The translations under genes and the position numbers were made by a program. This document shows, piece by piece, positions 29,101 to 32,000 of a stretch of 32,000 nt of DNA (within the stretch, counting starts at the first letter, position 1; each line of letters starts with the position of its first letter). The notes beneath the pieces are model-generated. The model was not told the DNA's origin. It was given only the letters and a program-made list of their open reading frames with translations, and ran no database searches. This stretch comes from Horticoccus luteus (GTDB lineage: Bacteria > Verrucomicrobiota > Verrucomicrobiia > Opitutales > Opitutaceae): contig NZ_CP080507.1 in assembly GCF_019464535.1 (NCBI RefSeq), forward strand, positions 60,001 through 92,000, read 5' to 3'.

Positions 29101-30999
29101 ATGGCCGCGCCTATGCGATATATTGCTTTTCCTTTCGCCGCCTGGATGGCGCGTTTTCGTGCGCTCGTCGTGGCGGTGGCCGCTTCCTTGTTCGTCTTCG
29201 CGCCGGGTGCGGCAGCAGGTGTGACCAACGCCGACCTCACAGCGGCGGCACTCGTCGGAAAGACGCTCAACTGCACCATTCTCGGAGGAAACGCCCCGTT
29301 TGAATCGAGCGGCGATTTCGCGATCCGGTTGGGTTGGCCCGACACGATCCAATACTCGATCGCCACGAGCAGCGGCAGCGCGGAGGCCCACATCGGTATC
29401 TACAGCCATAACACGACGACCGATGGCGTGGACCTGAAGCTTTCGAGCTATTCCGCGAACGGCGGTGTGAACCTGAATCTGTTCGCGGCGGATTCCCCGG
29501 TGGCGACGGCCGTCGTGGGTCCGGGCAAGGCGTATTTCGAGATGAATGCGCCGGGCGCGAACAAACACGGCACGTTTACGATCAACGGGGGCGTCGCGAG
29601 CTACGCCGGCACTTACACCGGCAAGATCGGTTCGAAGGTGACGTCGGGCGGCACGGTCACCCTCAATCCCGAGCTCACCGATTACACGGTGATCATTTCC
29701 GCCGGCGGCAACGTGACGGCCAACATCGGCGGACTCACGCCGGCGATGATCGGCTTCGTCGATGCCAGCGGCGCCATCACGTTCAACTCGGGGGATGGCA
29801 TCGGCTTTTACCATATTACCAGCGCGACTGTAAGTGGTGGACAGGTGCTCTCCGACTACGGCACGGCCATGGGCGGCGCGCAGTATCGGTTCGAGCCGCC
29901 GGCGGCGGCGCCCGTGCCGCCGACCATCGATGAGCAACCGGTGTCGCAAATCGTGAGCTTGGGCGGCGACGTGACGTTTACCGTCACCGTCACTGGCAGC
30001 GGTTTCAGCTACCAGTGGTATTTCAACGGGCACGCTCTCGTGGGCGAAATCAACGCTTCGTTGATCTTGCACGCGATCACGCTCGCGCAGGCGGGCCACT
30101 ATCGCGTGGAGATGACGAGCTCGGGGGGCGCCGTGGCGAGTGAGGAAGTGACGCTGACCGTCGGCACGCCCTCGAGCGCGGGGCGGCTGACCAACCTTTC
30201 GGTGCGAGGCAAGGCGGGCGTCGGCGACGAGACGTTGATCGTGGGTCTGGTTGTGAGCGCAGGCGGTCCGGGCGCGCCGGGTGGCAAGCCGTTTTTGGTG
30301 CGCGCGGTGGGGCCGTCGCTCACCGGCTTGGGCGTCGCGGGTGCGCTCGTGGATCCGTCGTTGACGGTGTATTCGGGCACCACCGCGATCGATTCGAACG
30401 ACAACTGGGGCGGAGAGGCGGCGCTGGTGTCGACGGCGGCGCGGCTCGGTGCGTTTGCGCTCACGGGGCCTGACAGCAAAGACGCTGCGATTCGCGGCGA
30501 AGCGGAGGCGGGCGCTTACACGCTGCATGCCACGGGACAGGCCGGCGGCATCGTGCTGGCGGAAATTTATGATGCGGCGGAGACGTTCGCGGATGTGAGC
30601 CCGCGGCTCGTCAACGTGTCCGCGCGCGCGGAGGTTGGCACGGGCGACGATGTGTTGATCGCGGGCTTCGTGGTCAGCGGGAGCACGCCGCGCACGGTGT
30701 TGATCCGCGCGCTGGGACCGCAGCTCGCGCAGAGCGGGGTCACGGGTATGCTCGCCGATCCGCAGCTCGCGATTCACGCGGGCAACGCGGTGGTCGCACA
30801 GAATGACAATTGGAGCGACGCGACCAACGCCGCCGTGATCGCGACGACGAGCACGACGGTCGGGGCGGCCGCCATGACCAGCGGCGCGAAGGATGCGGCG
30901 GTGCTCGTGACGCTCGCGCCCGGCGTTTACACGGCAGTCGTCACGGGCGTGGGCCAGACGACGGGCGTGGCACTCGTGGAAATCTTCGACGTGCCGTAA
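29101..30999 (+). CDS. Secreted protein: unassigned N-terminal region + Ig-like (I-set-type) domain + two tandem copies of an unassigned ~130-aa domain
   Basis: 632 aa. The signal peptide is best read from the internal Met at 29146 (MARFRALVVAVAASLFVFAPGAAAG|V). The Ig-like module lies at nt ~29920-30162 (PTIDEQPVSQIVSLGGDVTFTVTVTG..YQWYFNGHALVGEINASLILHAITLAQAGHYRVEMTSSGG...TLTV). Tandem repeats lie at 30184-30573 and 30604-30993. There is no C-terminal sorting signal. Confidence 0.8.
   Translation: MAAPMRYIAFPFAAWMARFRALVVAVAASLFVFAPGAAAGVTNADLTAAALVGKTLNCTILGGNAPFESSGDFAIRLGWPDTIQYSIATSSGSAEAHIGIYSHNTTTDGVDLKLSSYSANGGVNLNLFAADSPVATAVVGPGKAYFEMNAPGANKHGTFTINGGVASYAGTYTGKIGSKVTSGGTVTLNPELTDYTVIISAGGNVTANIGGLTPAMIGFVDASGAITFNSGDGIGFYHITSATVSGGQVLSDYGTAMGGAQYRFEPPAAAPVPPTIDEQPVSQIVSLGGDVTFTVTVTGSGFSYQWYFNGHALVGEINASLILHAITLAQAGHYRVEMTSSGGAVASEEVTLTVGTPSSAGRLTNLSVRGKAGVGDETLIVGLVVSAGGPGAPGGKPFLVRAVGPSLTGLGVAGALVDPSLTVYSGTTAIDSNDNWGGEAALVSTAARLGAFALTGPDSKDAAIRGEAEAGAYTLHATGQAGGIVLAEIYDAAETFADVSPRLVNVSARAEVGTGDDVLIAGFVVSGSTPRTVLIRALGPQLAQSGVTGMLADPQLAIHAGNAVVAQNDNWSDATNAAVIATTSTTVGAAAMTSGAKDAAVLVTLAPGVYTAVVTGVGQTTGVALVEIFDVP
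30184..30573 (+). repeat. Protein-level tandem domain, copy 1 (~130 aa)
   Basis: RLTNLSVRGKAGVGDETLIVGLVVSAGG...KPFLVRAVGPSLTGLGVAGALVDPSLTVYSG..AIDSNDNWGG...GAYTLHATGQAGGIVLAEIYD. It is colinear with copy 2 and with the start of the domain in the next gene. Confidence 0.75.
30604..30993 (+). repeat. Protein-level tandem domain, copy 2 (~130 aa)
   Basis: RLVNVSARAEVGTGDDVLIAGFVVSGSTPRTVLIRALGPQLAQSGVTGMLADPQLAIHAG..VAQNDNWSD...GVYTAVVTGVGQTTGVALVEIFD. Confidence 0.75.
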
Positions 31000-31075
31000 G
31001 ACTCACCGGCTCCGCACCGGCGTGGCGTCGCGATCGCGCGGCGTCCGTTGGAGCCGGGCACCAGCAGACACCACC

Positions 31076-31135
31076 GCTCCTCTTCGGAGGAGCACCCGCC
31101 GCGCGCTTAGACCCGCGCGGCGGGTTTTTGCTTTT
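31076..31135 (+). terminator. Tandem hairpins ending in a strong rho-independent terminator
   Basis: Hairpin 1 is GCTCCTC-TTCG-GAGGAGC (31076-31093). Hairpin 2 is CCCGCCGCGCG-CTTAGACC-CGCGCGGCGGG (31095-31124, an 11-bp stem), followed by TTTTTGCTTTT. It starts 77 nt after the stop at 30999. Confidence 0.8.
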
Positions 31136-31176
31136 CGGCCGCGGCAGATTACAACGCGTTGCCTATTCCAGCTCGT

Positions 31177-31206
31177 GGGGCGCCGCACCTACGTAGGAGC
31201 ACGCAT
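31177..31206 (+). promoter_or_regulatory. Shared upstream motif, copy 3 (GGGGCGCC-GCAC-CTACGTA-GGAG-CACGCAT)
   Basis: It ends 76 nt upstream of ATG 31283. It lies downstream of the terminator, so it sits in the position of an independent promoter/operator. It shares GGGGCGCC, CTACGTA, the 4-nt spacer and CACGCAT with copy 2. Confidence 0.4.
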
Positions 31207-31282
31207 GGCAGCCGCGGCCGCTCCGCGGTATGATCGACGCGAACTCTGCCGCCCAACTTGGCGACGTGGGTTCGCATTTCCT

Positions 31283-32000
31283 ATGGGTTCAAAACTCTTC
31301 CTCTGGGTGCGGTCTGGCCGGGGCGTCGCCGCCCTCGCGCTCGGCGCCACACTCGCTGCCGCCAGCGTGTCGCAGGCGACCATTCATGTTTTTCGGCCGC
31401 GCGCGGATTATGAAGTGTCGACGACGAACATCCCGATCGCGTATTTCGCCACGGAGTCGCAGCAAATTTCGACGGCCTTCTTAGGACCGTTCACCCGGGG
31501 AATTCGCATCGAGGCCCAGTCTGGCACGGTGTGGGTGTCGCCGCAGCAATCGGTGGCGATCGCGAGCACCGCAAAGATTCCGCACTACGACCCGTTGACG
31601 AAGCGATTCGCGGCGGGGGAGTTGGTGGATGGGGCGAGCTTTCAAAATGCGGGCAGCGACTACCTCGCATATACCAGCACCAGCGAGTTCACGATCGGCG
31701 AATCAGCTTATCTGGGTTTCAGCTTCATCGCCGCGGGACCGGGCCGGAATTTCGGCTGGATGGCGGTGGAGCGGGTGGCCAACGGCGTGATCGTGAAGGC
31801 GTGGGCCTATCAGGATCAGCAGGAAACGCCGATCGCCGCGGGGGCGGAAACCGACGTGGCGCCGGCGGCGGAGGGCGGGCACCTCACGAATCTCTCGGTG
31901 CGCACGGGCGCCGGCGTGGACGCGCAGACATTGATCGTGGGCTACGTCGTGGGCGGGGCCGGGACGACCGGCGGAAAATCGCTGCTCGTGCGCGGCGTCG
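31283..32000 (+). CDS. Secreted protein (partial, runs off the right edge) carrying the same unassigned domain as 29101..30999
   Basis: It is not in the ORF track because there is no stop in the window. My translation from ATG 31283 has no stop for 239 codons. It reads MGSKLFLWVRSGRGVAALALGATLAAASVSQA|TIHVF... (signal peptide). It continues ...AYLGFSFIAAGPGRNFGWMAVERV... From nt ~31880 it reads HLTNLSVRTGAGVDAQTLIVGYVVGGAGTTGGKSLLVRGV, which closely matches the start of repeat copy 1 of the upstream gene. Confidence 0.75.
   Translation, partial: MGSKLFLWVRSGRGVAALALGATLAAASVSQATIHVFRPRADYEVSTTNIPIAYFATESQQISTAFLGPFTRGIRIEAQSGTVWVSPQQSVAIASTAKIPHYDPLTKRFAAGELVDGASFQNAGSDYLAYTSTSEFTIGESAYLGFSFIAAGPGRNFGWMAVERVANGVIVKAWAYQDQQETPIAAGAETDVAPAAEGGHLTNLSVRTGAGVDAQTLIVGYVVGGAGTTGGKSLLVRGV

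Overview
This is a high-GC bacterial chromosomal window (about two-thirds G+C by eye). It is densely coding on both strands and full of long antisense 'shadow' ORFs, the usual high-GC artefact. I call 26 protein-coding genes. I saw no rRNA, tRNA, CRISPR array, transposase, integrase or phage gene. All family calls rest on motif recognition by eye, not on searches.

Gene order, left to right:
- nadB (partial) and nadC, then nadA, separated by a secreted SGNH hydrolase.
- A GspB-like anchored protein translationally coupled to a TVP38/DedA membrane protein.
- Converging on that pair, a minus-strand operon: a GH15-like six-hairpin glycosidase, a GT4 glycosyltransferase, and an 822-aa fusion protein. 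The fusion joins an alkaline-phosphatase-superfamily phosphodiesterase, interrupted by a membrane hairpin, to an EEP phosphodiesterase.
- Co-directionally upstream of that operon, a dCache-PAS-GAF histidine kinase and a stand-alone receiver.
- An aldo/keto reductase, a PEP-CTERM surface protein, and gnd.
- moaC-moaD-moaE and moeA, flanking a YbjQ / membrane-YbjQ / M48 peptidase operon.
- A three-gene operon (beta-propeller/Y_Y_Y hybrid kinase, REC-LuxR regulator, secreted Ig-domain protein), followed by a paralogous secreted protein.

Best candidates for undescribed biology:
1. The glycosidase / GT4 / phosphodiesterase-fusion operon together with the convergent GspB-like/TVP38 pair.
2. The sensor operon and its two secreted proteins. 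These share an unassigned ~130-aa domain, and their genes share a ~30-nt upstream motif (GGGGCGCC..CTACGTA-N4-CACGCAT).
3. The YbjQ-YbjQ-M48 operon wedged between molybdenum-cofactor genes.

The content (PEP-CTERM protein, Y_Y_Y hybrid kinase, Ig-domain secreted proteins) fits a Verrucomicrobiota-like organism, but that is inference only.
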